This document shows, piece by piece, positions 37,786 through 54,375 of a stretch of 64,000 nt of DNA. Positions within the stretch are counted from its first letter, which is position 1; the number at the start of each line of letters is the position of its first letter. A model generated the notes under the pieces. The model ran no database searches. It worked only from the letters and a program-made list of their open reading frames with translations, and had not been told where the DNA came from. The position numbers and the translations under genes are program-made. The stretch spans positions 79,178 through 143,177 of the forward strand of contig NIVC01000903.1 in NCBI GenBank assembly GCA_002269645.1, given 5' to 3'. Origin of the DNA: Macrostomum lignano (lineage: Eukaryota).

Positions 37786-38303
37786 TTACAGCCTTTCCGT
37801 TTCTCCCAAGCATACAAAAAAGACGAGCCAATTTTTTCAAAAAGAATTTTCTCAGCAACAGTTCAAATGAATTTTTCATGTTAGCTATCAGAATGGATAA
37901 TAAAATTTTGCGACAAAAAGGAGAAAATGTGAAGGCCAGAGGGGAGGCCTCCCATTGGCTGAGCCTGCAGGCGCTAGTCCATTGGGCACTGCGGCATTCA
38001 ACCCCCCCCCCCCCAACTGGCTGCAATGCTCTGCTTTTTTGCGCTTCGGCAATACTCGCTACTGCTATCCCGACATCAGTTGGCCTTCTCAGCAGCTCCT
38101 GTTCTTTTGCCTTCCAACATATTCTAACTGACGGCTATCAGTTCAAGGACGCTGGACAAAAACTCTGCTCAGCTTGTTGTGCGGAATTCAATTTTGCAAC
38201 AAGGACGTTTATAAGAGAAAGCTTAAAAGATACTTTTAACGAATTTGCTGGCCCAGAAAGAATGCACTACGACAAGAGTTGGTGAGAAATTTTATCTCAG
38301 CAA

Positions 38304-39305
<1,002 letters not shown>

Positions 39306-39794
39306 TATATTTGTATGATCACATGCATTTAATATATATGTCATTCTATCGCCTTAGTCTCGCATCTCTTTACTGAGCTGTACACTCTGCAGAAGCATGC
39401 AGCCATGAATTTATTTCCCCAACGAAGCGCACTGTAACCGCAGTCGTACTAAGACTCTCCCCTTCACTCCTCAAATGCCAGCAGTGCCCTAATAAGCCAG
39501 GTACTCCAGTCTCAATCTCATTCAATAGAGCCACAAGGCACTTTAGCTGCACCTGACTGTACAGCGGCAGTCATAAATTTTTATCACCAAGAGTTTCGTG
39601 CCGATGGCTGATCCGGTGCGATTGCCACCCGGCGGCGGTTCAAAAGCCATCGATCAGTTGAGCCAGAGAATGAGGCGGGAGAGACTTGCAATAAAGTAGG
39701 CCTCCTATTCAAGCAAATTGAGCACAAGGGGTTGCAGTAGGCGTGGATGAAAGATAGAGAGAACAGTTGGTGGAGCCGTGTGCTCCTTACCAAT

Positions 39795-40170
<376 letters not shown>

Positions 40171-41066
40171 ATGTCTATTGTGATGACGGTTATGATAGTG
40201 TCAGAATGATGAGGATGGTGATGATGGGAGAATCTATTACCAGATCGGTGCTGACTCTCATCCTGACGATGGGAGGAAAATCCCAACCCAAAAACCGGTG
40301 GAAGCTGGGACGCATCAGCCACCTGTCAATCATGCGAAGTCACCGTTGCAGCCCCTGTCCGTGGCGCCGTGCGTGACTCGAACGCAATTCTGACATCAGA
40401 ACGGAAGCCGGGCCTGAACATCCAGGGATCTTATTATTAAACTGCCCCCCTTCCTGAGGAATTTCGGGTCCCGAGTGACAAAACGGGAGGGGGACAACTG
40501 CCCCCCCCCTCCCTGCTCCTCAATTTTTCTCCCTCGGTTGCCGATGCGTTTTGCGTGATTAAGCGCTGAATTTCACGGTCAAGTTAGCAGCCAGCTGGGA
40601 AGAGGCACAGAGCAATATCGAAGGGGATAGTTAGCCGAGGAGGGGATTAGTGACCAGGTGCCCACTCTGTCGGTTTACGCCTCGCTGCGTATTACAAGTC
40701 AGTGCTGAGAGCACTCTTGAGCTGGGAGTGCAGCAAATATGAGCCTGATACTAGAAACAGGACCTTAACATCACTCCCTATATGCATAGATAGATCTGGT
40801 GACAGACTGCAGCTCTGGGAACTGTGAATTTTAACGCTTCTTCATAGAACTATAGAAAGCCATTTCGAAGTCAAGGAACACAGTTTCTGCCCAGCGGGGT
40901 GGCAGCCAGTTGTGCTATAACTCTTCTGCTTTTTTCAGAACAGAATAGATTGAAGTTTATGCACTTTAGCCAGCCCCTCAGACTGGAACAGCAGCAAGTT
41001 TAGCACATGAATTGCTGCTAATGAATTTGACCTGGAAGTTCAAATTTGACGTCCATTGAAGAGTTT

Positions 41067-42164
<1,098 letters not shown>

Positions 42165-42817
42165 CAAAGGCAAGAACGCAAAGCCGCTGAGCTCCCCTGA
42201 TATACCGGGTAGGCTTTGCGAGGCGCTGACTCCGCAGAGGCAATTATCCCCAGTTTAATGTCCCCATAAACCTCAATCTGCCCTCACATCCAACAGCCAA
42301 ATGAACTTCCTTTCTCTTCTCACACTCCTGCTTCTAAGAATCTTTCGATAGAAGATATTTTTTATTTAGGAAATTTTTCGGCTTTTGGTTGAGAACAGTT
42401 AGAAAGAATTTTTTAGACCTACAGTAGGTCTCTCGCATATGCTTACGAGTTTACGAGCATCTTAGAGAACTTCTTGGAGTGCCCGGGATCGACTCCGAAG
42501 TTTAGTCTGAGGTTTTAAAAATGGCGCTTGGTGTTTCGGGAGGCTGAAACTGGGGGGACTCAGCTTCATCATAATGAAATCGGGCGAGTCTGGTGGACCC
42601 TCTTCGGGATTTCCACCCCACCCCATTTCCCTACCTTGTCATGCCTGTATCGAGCGCCACCGCCCTCCTTCCACCCAGAGAGTCTAACGAGGTTCATTAG
42701 GAAAGCAGCTGCCATTGCACTGGTGTGCACTATGCTGGGATAAAATATGAGTACCAGCCTTGGGGATTCTAGTTTGTACTATGCTATTGTGCTCAAGTAC
42801 TTTACAGATTCGATTTT

Positions 42818-43400
42818 GGACTGTCCACCGAGTCCCAGACATCTCACTGAGACTGTCCACCGAGTCCCAGACATCTCACTGAGACTGTCCACCGAGTCCC
42901 AGTCCTCACTGAGACTGTCCACCGAGTCCCAGACATCTCACTGAGACTGTCCACCGAGTCCCAGTCCTCACTGAGACTGTCCACCGAGTCCCAGACATCT
43001 CACTGAGACTGTCCACCGAGTCCCAGTCCTCACTGAGACTGTCCACCGAGTCCCAGACATCTCACTGAGACTGTCCACCGAGTCCCAGTCCTCACTGAGA
43101 CTGTCCACCGAGTCCCAGTCATCTCATTGAGACTGTCCACCGAGTCCCAGTCCTCACTGAGACTGTCCACCGAGTCCAGTAATCTCACTGAGACTGTCCA
43201 CCGAGTCCCAGACATCTCACTGAGACTGTCCACCGAGTCCCAGTCCTCACTGAGACTGTCCACCGAGTCCAGTAATCTCACTGAGACTGTCCACCGAGTC
43301 CAGTAATCTCACTGAGACTTCCACCGAGTCCCAGTCCTCACTGAGACTGTCCACCGAGTCCCAGTCATCTCACTGAGACTGTCCACCGAGTCCCTGACCT
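42818..43400. repeat. ~30-33-bp minisatellite (CTCACTGAGACTGTCCACCGAGTCCCAG...)
   Basis: About 18 copies. Confidence 0.92.
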
Positions 43401-43977
43401 CAGACCTCTTTTTAGCAGACAGTAGTCCTTCTGACTCTTAGAAGAATTCGAAATTAACTCCGTCGTTCCTAATCGAATTGACAGTAAAAAGAACTGACGA
43501 AGTGTCAATTGAGACTTGAGCCACTCATGTGAGCTCTATGAGTGAACTCTCCCCGTCATCATGAGACCTGGGGGAGGCAGTTGCATTGAGAAAGAGGAGT
43601 GGAGGTACTTTGGAGAGATTCAGGCCGGGTAGAGAGGGAGAGAAGCGGCATTCTAATGAGTTCTGGGTGGCCCTAATCACATCAGTGCATGGTAACTTGG
43701 CCTCGAGCTCGGCTCGAGCATGGTGAGATGCTGGTCCTCATCTTCAATAACAAGCGAATCAGCTCAGATTTTGCTCCACTGACCCCAGCTCAGCAAACTT
43801 TGTGACTTAACAACCCTTGAAATCGTATAACTCTCCAAGCTTGAGCTGCGTAAGTTCGAATCAGTCCTCGAACTGGGAGTAATTCCCAAGTTCCTTATTT
43901 TCGTCCTAAAGATAGCAGATTAACCCGGCTGAGATGCAGTGCCATTTTTGGAGTGCTCCCGGGAACCGTGCACCGTT

Positions 43978-44710
43978 GAGGCTGATGATGCTGAGAATGA
44001 TGATGCTGAGAATGCGAATGTCGCGAATGAGGATGCCGAGAATGAGGATGCTGAGAGTGATGATGCTGAGAGTGATGATGCTGAGAGTGATGATGCTGAG
44101 AGTGATGATGCTGAGAGTGATGATGCTGAGAGTGATGATGCTGAGAGTGAGGATGCTGAGATTGAGGATTTCGCGAATGAGGATGCCGAGAATGAGGATG
44201 CTGAGAGTGATGATGCTGAGAGTGAGGATGCTGAGAATGAGGATGCCGAGAATGAGGATGCTGAGAATAAGGATGCTGAGAATGAGGATGAGGATGCTGA
44301 GAATGAGGATACTGAGAATGAGGATGAGGATGCTGAGAATGAGGATACTGAGAATGAGGATGAGGATGCTGAGAATGAGGATACTGAGAATGAGGATGAG
44401 GATGCTGAGAATGAGGATACTGAGAATGAGGATGAGGATGCTGAGAATGAGGATACTGAGAATGAGGATGAGGATGCTGAGAATGAGGATGAGGATGCTG
44501 AGAATGAGGATACTGAGAATGAGGATGAGGATGCTGAGAATGAGGATACTGAGAATGAGGATGAGGATGCTGAGAGTGAGGATGCTGAGAATGGGATGCT
44601 GAGAATGAGGATGAGGATGCTGAGAGTGAGGATGCTGAGAATGAGGATGATGATACTGAGAATGAGGATGAGGATGCTGAGGATGAGGATGCTTAGAATG
44701 AGGATGCTCC
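43978..44710. repeat. Compound triplet-based repeat (GATGCTGAGAATGAG...)
   Basis: 15/21/36-nt units; open in several frames on both strands. Confidence 0.9.
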
Positions 44711-45954
44711 AATAGCATTGATTCAGGTGCCAGATTGAAGCAACAATTCCGGAACCGGTGTAAAACATTTCAGACTGGGAGACGCTGCCACGGCCGCCAG
44801 GAACCGCCCAGCTGACAAAGAGATATTGGCTCATCCCAGACTTCAGTCACCGAACAGGTAAGCAGTGTGCTCAAGGGTTATAACTCAGCAAAAAATAGAA
44901 ACTGCACTAATTGAAGACGCCTTCAAAGAATACCTGTGGTGCACCTGTCAATCCTATCTGTCGCGGGAGCAGAAAAAAATTGAAATTTGACCCTGGCACA
45001 CCTGTCAATTATTTTCAACACCTGTGCTCTCAGGCTCCACCTCAGCAGTCTCTGCGATGCCTACAATAGGAACTGCCAGTCTTCCTGCTTCAGTTTGGCT
45101 ACTCCACAGTATTATCCGCGGGAATCAACGGATGCCTGAATTGTAGATAAATGAGGGCATAATTTTTTCACTTCAACTCATCGTGGCCAATGCACTTTTT
45201 CCCCAAGGTAGGGTAAGGCATTCCACTAGCTAAGTCGGCTATGCCGATATGTATAGAAAAAAACTATTTGGCCGCAGAGTCGGAAGCAGAGAACAAGATA
45301 CTACGCCGAAGCAATCCCTTTAACTTGGTTCAGCTCTACTACTAGGAAAAGTTTGAGCAGAAATAGAGCTTCATCTCAACTTGGCGCCAAATTTGATTGG
45401 GGGGGCTGTCTCCCCTCCTCCAGGAGCCGCAGAAAATCCCGGCCGGATACAGAATACTGAGGATTGGGGATTTTTCACAAAGTTACTCGCGGGCCAGGCC
45501 GAGTCACCCTGCAATCTCCCATCGATATGGCGGGAAGACGCTCTCTCTCTCTCTCTCTCTCTCTTTTTTTCTGTATCCTCCTAGAAGCAAATTGGCTCCG
45601 GTCCCCGTGATTGAGACTTCAGCCCCCCAACCTCCCTCCAGCCCCCAACTACAGAAACCAAAAGAAAATAAAAGATTTTTCGAGAGCCACTCGCCAAATC
45701 CAGCTGGGGACTGCGGCGGCGGTCCGGCCGATAAGAGGAAATTGATTTTCCCTTACTAGCCGCAGGTCGTCCGCTTCCCCGGGACTCTCGACAGACCCTG
45801 CCTGTCAGCTCGGGCGGCCTGAGGGGAGGGGCTTTGATTTTTTCAAAGATGGCGCCGCGTGGTGGCGCAACTCGCTTACAGTTGTTATCTACTGTCTCAT
45901 TGTCACTCTTTCACTCCCCTTCACTCACCTTCATCTGCAGCCAGCAACTCCTAC

Positions 45955-46193
45955 TCTCTCTCTCTCCTTCTCTCTCCCTCTCATTCTCACTCTCACTCTC
46001 ACTCTCTCTCACTCTCACTCTCTCTCACTCTCACTCTCTCTCACTCTCACTCACTCTCACTCTCACTCTCTCTCACTCACTCTCTCTCACTCTCACTCTC
46101 TCTCACTCTCACTCTCACTCTCCCTCTTCCTCTCCCTCTCACTTTCACTCTCTCTTTCACTCTCACTCTCCCTCTCACTCTCACTCTCTCTAC

Positions 46194-46251
<58 letters not shown>

Positions 46252-46282
46252 CTCTCCCTCTCCCTCTCACTCTCACTCTCAT

Positions 46283-46322
<40 letters not shown>

Positions 46323-46339
46323 TCCCCCTCTCCCTCTCC

Positions 46340-46397
<58 letters not shown>

Positions 46398-46418
46398 TAC
46401 TTTCCCTCTCACTCTTCA

Positions 46419-46451
<33 letters not shown>

Positions 46452-46530
46452 TACTCTTCCTCTCACTCTTCACCTCACTCTCACTCCTTCTCTCACTCTC
46501 ACTCCCACTCTCACTCTCACTCTCCCTCTC
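45955..46530. repeat. (CTCACT)n / CT-rich microsatellite
   Basis: Direct inspection. Confidence 0.93.
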
Positions 46531-47299
46531 TCAATAGCACTCTCGCATCCAATCTCACTCTTAACAATGGCTTCAAATCCCCATCCGAGTTTCTCTTTAT
46601 TAATCCCTAGCTGTTCTCTCTCAGCAGCACATTTGTAAGCCAATTATCGGAGGCGTAAAAAATGACCGACAAAATGCAAGAGAGACCGTCAGTTCATATT
46701 TCATTAACATATTAAACAGCTCCTCACCGGCTGCAGAGGCAGTACTAAGAGAAGCTTCAGTGAGCACTGCTCACGCGCCATGAGATGCAGAGGGACCACA
46801 CAGGCTAGGAGTTGTTGGTCACGGGGCTTTTCCCGCAGACTTCCCGGACCGATCCTCATTTCGTTCACTAAACTAGATGAGACGCAACTCCCCATTCGGG
46901 AATGCGGCCGGAGAGGAGGGCGAAGCCAGGGTTCGACTCCGCTGAAGGCAGGCCAGCGGAGTCCCAATTCTCACAACTCCCCGGCCTCTCCCTGCCTCCG
47001 AGCCGGGCTGGCATTTCATTTGTAACAGGAAATTTGCATTTATCAAAATACGGCCCGAGCTCGAGCTGATGGGCCAAGAGTCCGCGGTGACTGTAGCGAA
47101 CGGTTTTATTTTGTTTTACTGCGGCTTTCCTAATCCGGGCGCTCTTTTGAAAAAAAATTGTGACAGAAAAGCATTTTTGAAGTTATTCTGATGATTAAAA
47201 GTTTCTGGTTAAGTCTTTAAACTAGATTTTTACATATAGATTACACTCCATATGGACAAGTTAGAAGATATGTATATCTGATTAATAATAGAAAAAATG

Positions 47300-48600
47300 T
47301 GCTAGACAGGTGAGACTAGATGTGAGATCATAGTTAACACTGGATACTAGACAGGTGAGACTAGATTTGAGATAGATCATAGTTAACACTGGATACTAGA
47401 CAGGTGAGACTAGATGTGAGATAGATCATAGTTAACACTGGATACTAGACAGGTGAGACTAGATTTGAGATAGATCATAGTTAACACTGGATACTAGACA
47501 GGTGAGACTAGATGTGAGATAGATCATAGTTAACACTGGATACTAGACAGGTGAGACTAGATTTGAAATAAATCATAGGTAACACTGGATACTAGACAGG
47601 TGAGACTAGATTTGAGATAGATCATAGTTAACACTGGATACTAGACAGGTGAGACTAGATTTGAAATAAATCATAGGTAACACTGGATACTAGACAGGTG
47701 AGACTAGATTTGAAATAGATCAGAGTAAACACTGGATACTAGACAGGTGAGACTAGATGTGAGATAGATCATAGTTAACACTGGATACTAGACAGGTGAG
47801 ACTAGATGTGAGATAGATCATAGTTAACACTGGATACTAGACAGGTGAGACTAGATGTGAGATAGATCATAGTTAACACTGGATACTAGACAGGTGAGAC
47901 TAGATGTGAGATAGATCATAGTTAACACTGGATACTAGACAGGTGAGACTAGATGTGAGATAGATCATAGTTAACACTGGATACTAGACAGGTGAGACTA
48001 GATGTGAGATAGATCATAGTTAACACTGGATACTAGACAGGTGAGACTAGATGTGAGATAGATCATAGTTAACACTGGATACTAGACAGGTGAGACTAGA
48101 TGTGAGATAGATCATAGTTAACACTGGATACTAGACAGGTGAGACTAGATGTGAGATAGATCATAGTTAACACTGGATACTAGACAGGTGAGACTAGATG
48201 TGAGATAGATCATAGTTAACACTGGATACTAGACAGGTGAGACTAGATGTGAGATAGATCATAGTTAACACTGGATACTAGACAGGTGAGACTAGATGTG
48301 AGATAGATCATAGTTAACACTGGATACTAGACAGGTGAGACTAGATGTGAGACAGATCATAGTTAACACTGGATACTAGACAGGTGAGACTAGATGTGAG
48401 ATAGATCATAGTTAACACTGGATACTAGACAGGTGAGACTAGATGTGAGATAGATCATAGTTAACACTGGATACTAGACAGGTGAGACTAGATGTGAGAT
48501 AGATCATAGTTAACACTGGATACTAGACAGGTGAGACTAGATGTGAGATAGATCATAGTTAACACTGGATACTAGACAGGTGAGACTAGATGTGAGATAG
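47300..48600. repeat. 49-bp minisatellite (ACTAGACAGGTGAGACTAGATGTGAGATAGATCATAGTTAACACTGGAT)
   Basis: About 26 near-identical copies; period 49 measured between 47346 and 47395. Confidence 0.95.
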
Positions 48601-49129
48601 GCTGTGAAATGATAAACAAGATCAGAAACGCACGCCTGAAACTGCATAGTTGAGAATGCTAAAAATAGCCCGCTAGCGGGCACGCAAGCAACAGCGCGAT
48701 GACAGGCCCTGCCCTGTCTGTTTTGCTCAGCAGCGCTGCCGCATCAAGGCGGGCACTCATTAGCCAGTCGCGGCCCCTTGGAGAGAAAGAAATCAGCAGG
48801 CCTCGCTCTCGTGTCCCTTGTAATAACCGAGCAGCAGGCCCCGCTACCTGCAGGCGGTTTAGATTTCGCAGAAACCAATGTTATTATATATGACTAACTT
48901 TTGCCGATTTTGAACGACAGCTAGCAAAACTTCGACTCGGGCATGAGAGAAAATGGAAAAGAATAGTAATTGCGAGTCGCGGTCGGAAATTACTGAGATG
49001 ATCGCTGAGCCTCCTTCGTTTCTGTGCGTCTCTCTCTATTTGTCTTTGTTCTTCGACTGCCGACTCCTGTAATTTTGAGCATCACTCACTGACCTGATCG
49101 GCCAGGCGCTTGGCGGGTAGCTGCACTTT

Positions 49130-49640
49130 TTAGGGGAGAGAGATAAAGAGAAGGAGGGAGAGAGAGAGCGAGGGAGAGAAGGAGAGAGAGGGGGAGAGAG
49201 GGAGAGAGAGGGGGAGAGAGGGAGAGCGAGGGAGGGAGGGAGAGAGGGAGAGAGGGAGGGGGAAGAGAGGGAGAGAGAGGAAGAGAGGGAGAGAGAGAGG
49301 GAGGGAGAGAAGGAGAGAGAGAGAGGGAGAGAGAGGAAGAGAGGGAGAGAGAGAGGGGGGAGAGAGGGAGAGAGGGGTAGAGAAGGAGAGAGAGAGGGAG
49401 GAGGGAGAGACGGAGAGAGAGAGAGGGGGAGAGAGGGAGAGAGAGAGGGAGGGAGAGAAGGAGAGAGAGAGGGGGGGAGAGAGGGAGAGAGAGAGGGAGG
49501 GAGAGAAGGAGAGAGAGAGAGGGGGGAGAGAGGGAGAGAGGCGGAGAGAAGGAGAGAGAGAGGGAGGAGGGAGAGACGGAGAGAGAGAGAGAGGGAGAGA
49601 GAGGGAGAGAGGAAGAGAGGAGGGAGGGAGGGTGAGAAGG
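49130..49640. repeat. GA-rich polypurine microsatellite
   Basis: Direct inspection. Confidence 0.9.
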
Positions 49641-49961
49641 AGTGGCAAGAGCGACGGCGGAGGATTATGAAAGCTGCAGCAGCCAGTGCAGAGTTCGTGC
49701 TAGTGGCTCAGCTAAGCCGATCGGATGTGGGTCTTCCAGTCAGCTCTTCCTGCCTCTGGCGCTAATCTGAGCCGATAAAAGTAATAAATAGTAATCACAC
49801 GGCCGGGACAGACGGCAATGTCGGGGACTGCGATTCGATTTGTAATGTACGAGCGCAGATTACCACATGGAATAAAGAAGTGCATTCTCTGACTTTTTCT
49901 ACTCACTGCTCACTGTCAATTTTACTCGCTAACTCACGAAGCCAAGAACTTATGAACTAAT

Positions 49962-50138
49962 TGACTCACTCATGAACTCACTCATGAACTCACTCATGAA
50001 CTCACTCATGAACTCACTCATGAGCTCACTCATGAACTCACTCATGAACTCACTCATGAACTCACTCATGAGCTCACTCATGAACTCACTCATGAACTCA
50101 CTCATGAGCTCACTCATGAACTCACTCATGAACTCACT
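49962..50138. repeat. 12-bp repeat (ACTCACTCATGA)
   Basis: About 14 copies. Confidence 0.9.
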
Positions 50139-50496
50139 GGCTTTCTACTAGGCACTCCTGTGCACTTGCCTGTCAATAACCGCTATTCTGGCAGTGAGAA
50201 CACAGTTGAACATGGAAACTCTGCTCACGAGTCTGTTTGTCCTTCTTCATCTCAATAATTCTCGATTTTTTGCCCGAAATTCCTATTCAATTTTCTCAAT
50301 AAAAACTCGCGGATGTTGCCACAATCTTCCTGTTGATCCGGCTGCTCATTGAAATTCCAAGGTCTGCAGCGCCCCGAGCTTCCTGCCAACCCCTGATTGG
50401 CAGCCCTGTGGCTTCCTCTGGGGCCATTGAGAGCGAATTCCCGGGAAAAATCCTCTCACATTCACCTCGGCATTAGTTGAAGAGCCCTGCACACTG

Positions 50497-50956
<460 letters not shown>

Positions 50957-52067
50957 GCAGTGTTGCCATGGCGGGTATCAGAGCCCAGGTGATATCAGAA
51001 ATCTGTTTCCCAGCACTCAGCTGGAAGCCATTAGCGGGCCTGAAGCAGTTTTACCTGGCCTAGGGGGGATAACAACTATCTAATGGCTTCATGATGAGGG
51101 ATTCGGGGCGGCAGCCCGCCCTCCCCCGCAGCCCAGCCTCGCGCGCACTTTTCAGAGCGAAGGTCAGCGAGACCCACCTGCGCACCTCGCTGGCTGGAAG
51201 ATTCAATTAGCCTCAGACCCCTCCCCCTCCCCTAGAATTTTTGTCTGTCAGTCCGTCTCTGCCCCCTGTTGAAATTTCGGCAGTGCAAGATTCAAAAGCC
51301 AGCAGGAGAATTCAGCTCGGCCCAATTCTCAGGCGTAATTGGAAACCATAAAAATGTGAAAAACTGCTTTACAGCAATTGGCGGCTTCTGCTATCAGCCG
51401 GTCGTTAGAATTTGGACCGGCGCGGGGGTCTCATATTGCGATGATGGCGCGCATTTTTTTCCCAAGCGAGTCGAGTCGGGGAGAGAGAGGGGACTCTCTG
51501 CTAATTCGGCGCACGCAGCGCAAAGGGGATTCGAGGATTTCGGTGGGGAGGAGGAGATGGGATAATCTCCCAGACGATGAAGAGGACGGGAGGCTTCAGC
51601 GGGAGTCTGAGGGCGCAGGACGGGCTTAGGTGAAGGAAGCTGAGCGTTAAAACGAAGGCAGCAGAAACAAGTGCGAAATCCCTCTGGGAGAAGACTGGGA
51701 ATCCCAATCGGAGAGATCCCATTTTTGCGACTGAAGGTCTGGAGAAAACCAGGAGAGTGAAAGAGGAGAATTTCTTCTGCACCTCTGCTGCTGCCCGGGA
51801 AAAACTGCAGGTCTGGATGAAGCTGGAAAGAAGCTGCATGGCGGGCCAAGCAGCTGTCGGATTGGCTCACAATTTTCGGGGGGGGGGGCTGGCACCGAGA
51901 GCTGTATGCTAAACCAGGCTGTGGGAATATTGCGAGTGCTAATTTGATTGCACACTATTTTGCATTTTCCAATCATTTCTCTTGAATGCGCTTCAGCTTC
52001 GCTGCGTTCGCGCTTCCGCGGGGTTAAAGTGGTGTCGAAAAAAATTGTCAATGATTCGCTGAGGAGG

Positions 52068-52797
52068 GATCCCACGAGCTCAGGAGAGATCCCATGAACT
52101 CATAAGAGATCCCATGAACTCAGGAGAGATCCCACGAGCTCAGGAGATCGCATGAGCTCAGGAGAGATCCCACGAGCTCAGCAGATCGCATGAGCTCAGG
52201 AGAGATCCCATGAGCTAAGGAGAGATCCCAGGAGCTCAGGAGAGATCCCATGAACTCAGGAGATCCCATGAACTCAGGAGATCCCATGAACTCAGGAGAT
52301 CCCATGAACTCAGGAGATCCCATGAGCTCAGGAGAGATCCCATGAACTCAGGAGAGATCCCATGAACTCATAAGAGATCCCATGAACTCAGGAGAGATTC
52401 CACGAGCTCAGGAGATCGCATGAGCTCAGGAGAGATCCCACGAGCTCAGCAGATCGCATGAGCTCAGGAGAGATCCCATGAGCTAAGGAGAGATCCCAGG
52501 AGCTCAGGAGAGATCCCATGAACTCAGGAGATCCCATGAACTCAGGAGATCCCATGAACTCAGGAGATCCCATGAACTCAGGAGATCCCATGAACTCAGG
52601 AGAGATCCCATGAACTCAGGAGAGATCCCATGAACTCAGGAGATCCCATGAACTCAGGAGATCCCATGAACTCAGGAGATCCCATGAACTCAGGAGAGAT
52701 CCCAGGAGCTCAGGAGAGATCCCATGAACTCAGGAGAGATCCCAGGAGCTCAGAAGAGATCCCAGGAGCTCAGAAGAGATCCCAGGAGCTCAGGAGA
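52068..52797. repeat. 18-20-bp minisatellite (GAGATCCCATGAACTCAGGA) with a 268-bp higher-order duplication
   Basis: Near-identical ORFs 52120..52323 and 52388..52591 are offset by 268 bp. Confidence 0.92.
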
Positions 52798-54052
52798 GAG
52801 GAAAGAAAGGAGAGGAGGACACTGAGCGAGAGGCAGGGGAGATATATAGATAGAGAGACAGGGTGAGATCGGGGAAAAAGAGAGGGAAAGGTAGGGAGAG
52901 TGAGTGGAGAGAGGGAGGGATAGAGAGGTAGAGGTAGAAACACTGATGCAATAGAAGACAAGAGAAACAGCAATAGAGGGAGAGTGGCTGGAGACAGAAA
53001 CCAGCAATAGCAGTCAGATAAATAATCAGTACAGAGAGCCAGAGAATATTTTAAAAGTTCTCTACTTGATTGTCCTTTAATCAGAGAGAAGAGCCTTGAA
53101 CAGTGACTAGGAGAGTGCAGCTTCATTGTCTATGGCCGAGAGCAGTTCTGTAGCAGTGGCTGCTGCTGCAGTGAATCTGGGGAATCTTCGCTTAATCCTT
53201 ATTCTCTTATCTAAGTTAGACTATTTCTTTATGAAACACCTCACTCTGAAGCTCATGTGCGCTAGATAGATATCAGAGTCGAAATCCCTGGACTCTGCTC
53301 TGCAGCAGCAGCAAGGATATTATCCAGCATCAGTTACTAGTTGTTCAAAAAAATTGTAGCCGAAAAGAATGCGGCTTGACAATGGGTTACCCGGAGCTTC
53401 CATTGTGCGTCAATAGGTGACGCCTTTTGAACGATAAACGGGCGGAAGGCAGCCTGACGCCTCTGACGGATTGAAAGTCGGCTTCTGGCGCGCCCGCTAC
53501 GCTGAACTTCGCTTAAAAAAGAACGGAGAGGTGGAAGTGGAGGGTGGTGTTGGGCTAGAAGAAGAAGAGAGAAAATCTGAAATTTGGAGAACCAAAATTT
53601 CCCGAGAAAAGCCTGGCCGAATTCGAGAATAATAAGAAGAGAGCAGAGAGGGAGGGAGACCGCAGAAAGGGGAGAGGAGAAGCCGGAACAGTGCATGGCA
53701 CCGCAGCTAATCAGGTTATTATGCGCGGCGAAATTGAGCCGAATCATGCTATCGCAGCCCAACACACGCTGGGGCATCTGGGCAGAACCATGGTAAAAAT
53801 GTTCTGCAACCAAAGTGTAATTGCGAGATGGGGAACGGGAGACAAGATGGCAGAGAAGGGGAGAGACCGAAACCCAGTCCTGTCGGGTGGGACCCAGCTG
53901 GCTGCGCAAACTGATCAAGCTTATTTTGCCTCGCATATCAGTGGAAAGCAAGCCGCCTAGCAGCCATCTTGCTGTCCAGTCTATGCAAGCGAATTTCTAT
54001 TTGAATTTTGAATACACTTCTGTCTGAAAGAGGGTTTATCATCTGTTGAATA

Positions 54053-54302
54053 TCAAACTGTGCTGACCCAGTATCAAACAGTGCTGACCCAGTATCAAAC
54101 AGTACTGACCCAGTATCAAACAGTACTGACCCAGTATCAAACAGTACTGACCCAGTATCAAACAGTACTGACTCAGTATCAAACAGTGCTGACCCAGTAT
54201 CAAACAGTGCTGACCCAGTATCAAACAGTGCTGACACAGTATCAAACAGTGCTGACACAGTATCGAACAGTGCTGACACAGTATCAAGCAGTGCTGACCC
54301 AG
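54053..54302. repeat. 21-bp minisatellite (AACAGTGCTGACCCAGTATCA) just upstream of the receptor gene
   Basis: About 12 copies. Confidence 0.9.
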
Positions 54303-54375
54303 TCGCATCTGTGAAAGTTGATTAAGCACCACCCGCATCATTGCAGGAGGCGCGCCGTTCGTCCATCTCGCGGTG

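Noticed and set aside
43939-44715. 258-aa Asp/Glu-rich ORF
   Set aside because: Triplet-based repeat open in four frames on both strands; no non-repetitive coding flank.
47300-48600. Regular 32-49-bp arrays as CRISPR-like arrays
   Set aside because: The units are contiguous with no unique spacers, and the context is eukaryotic.
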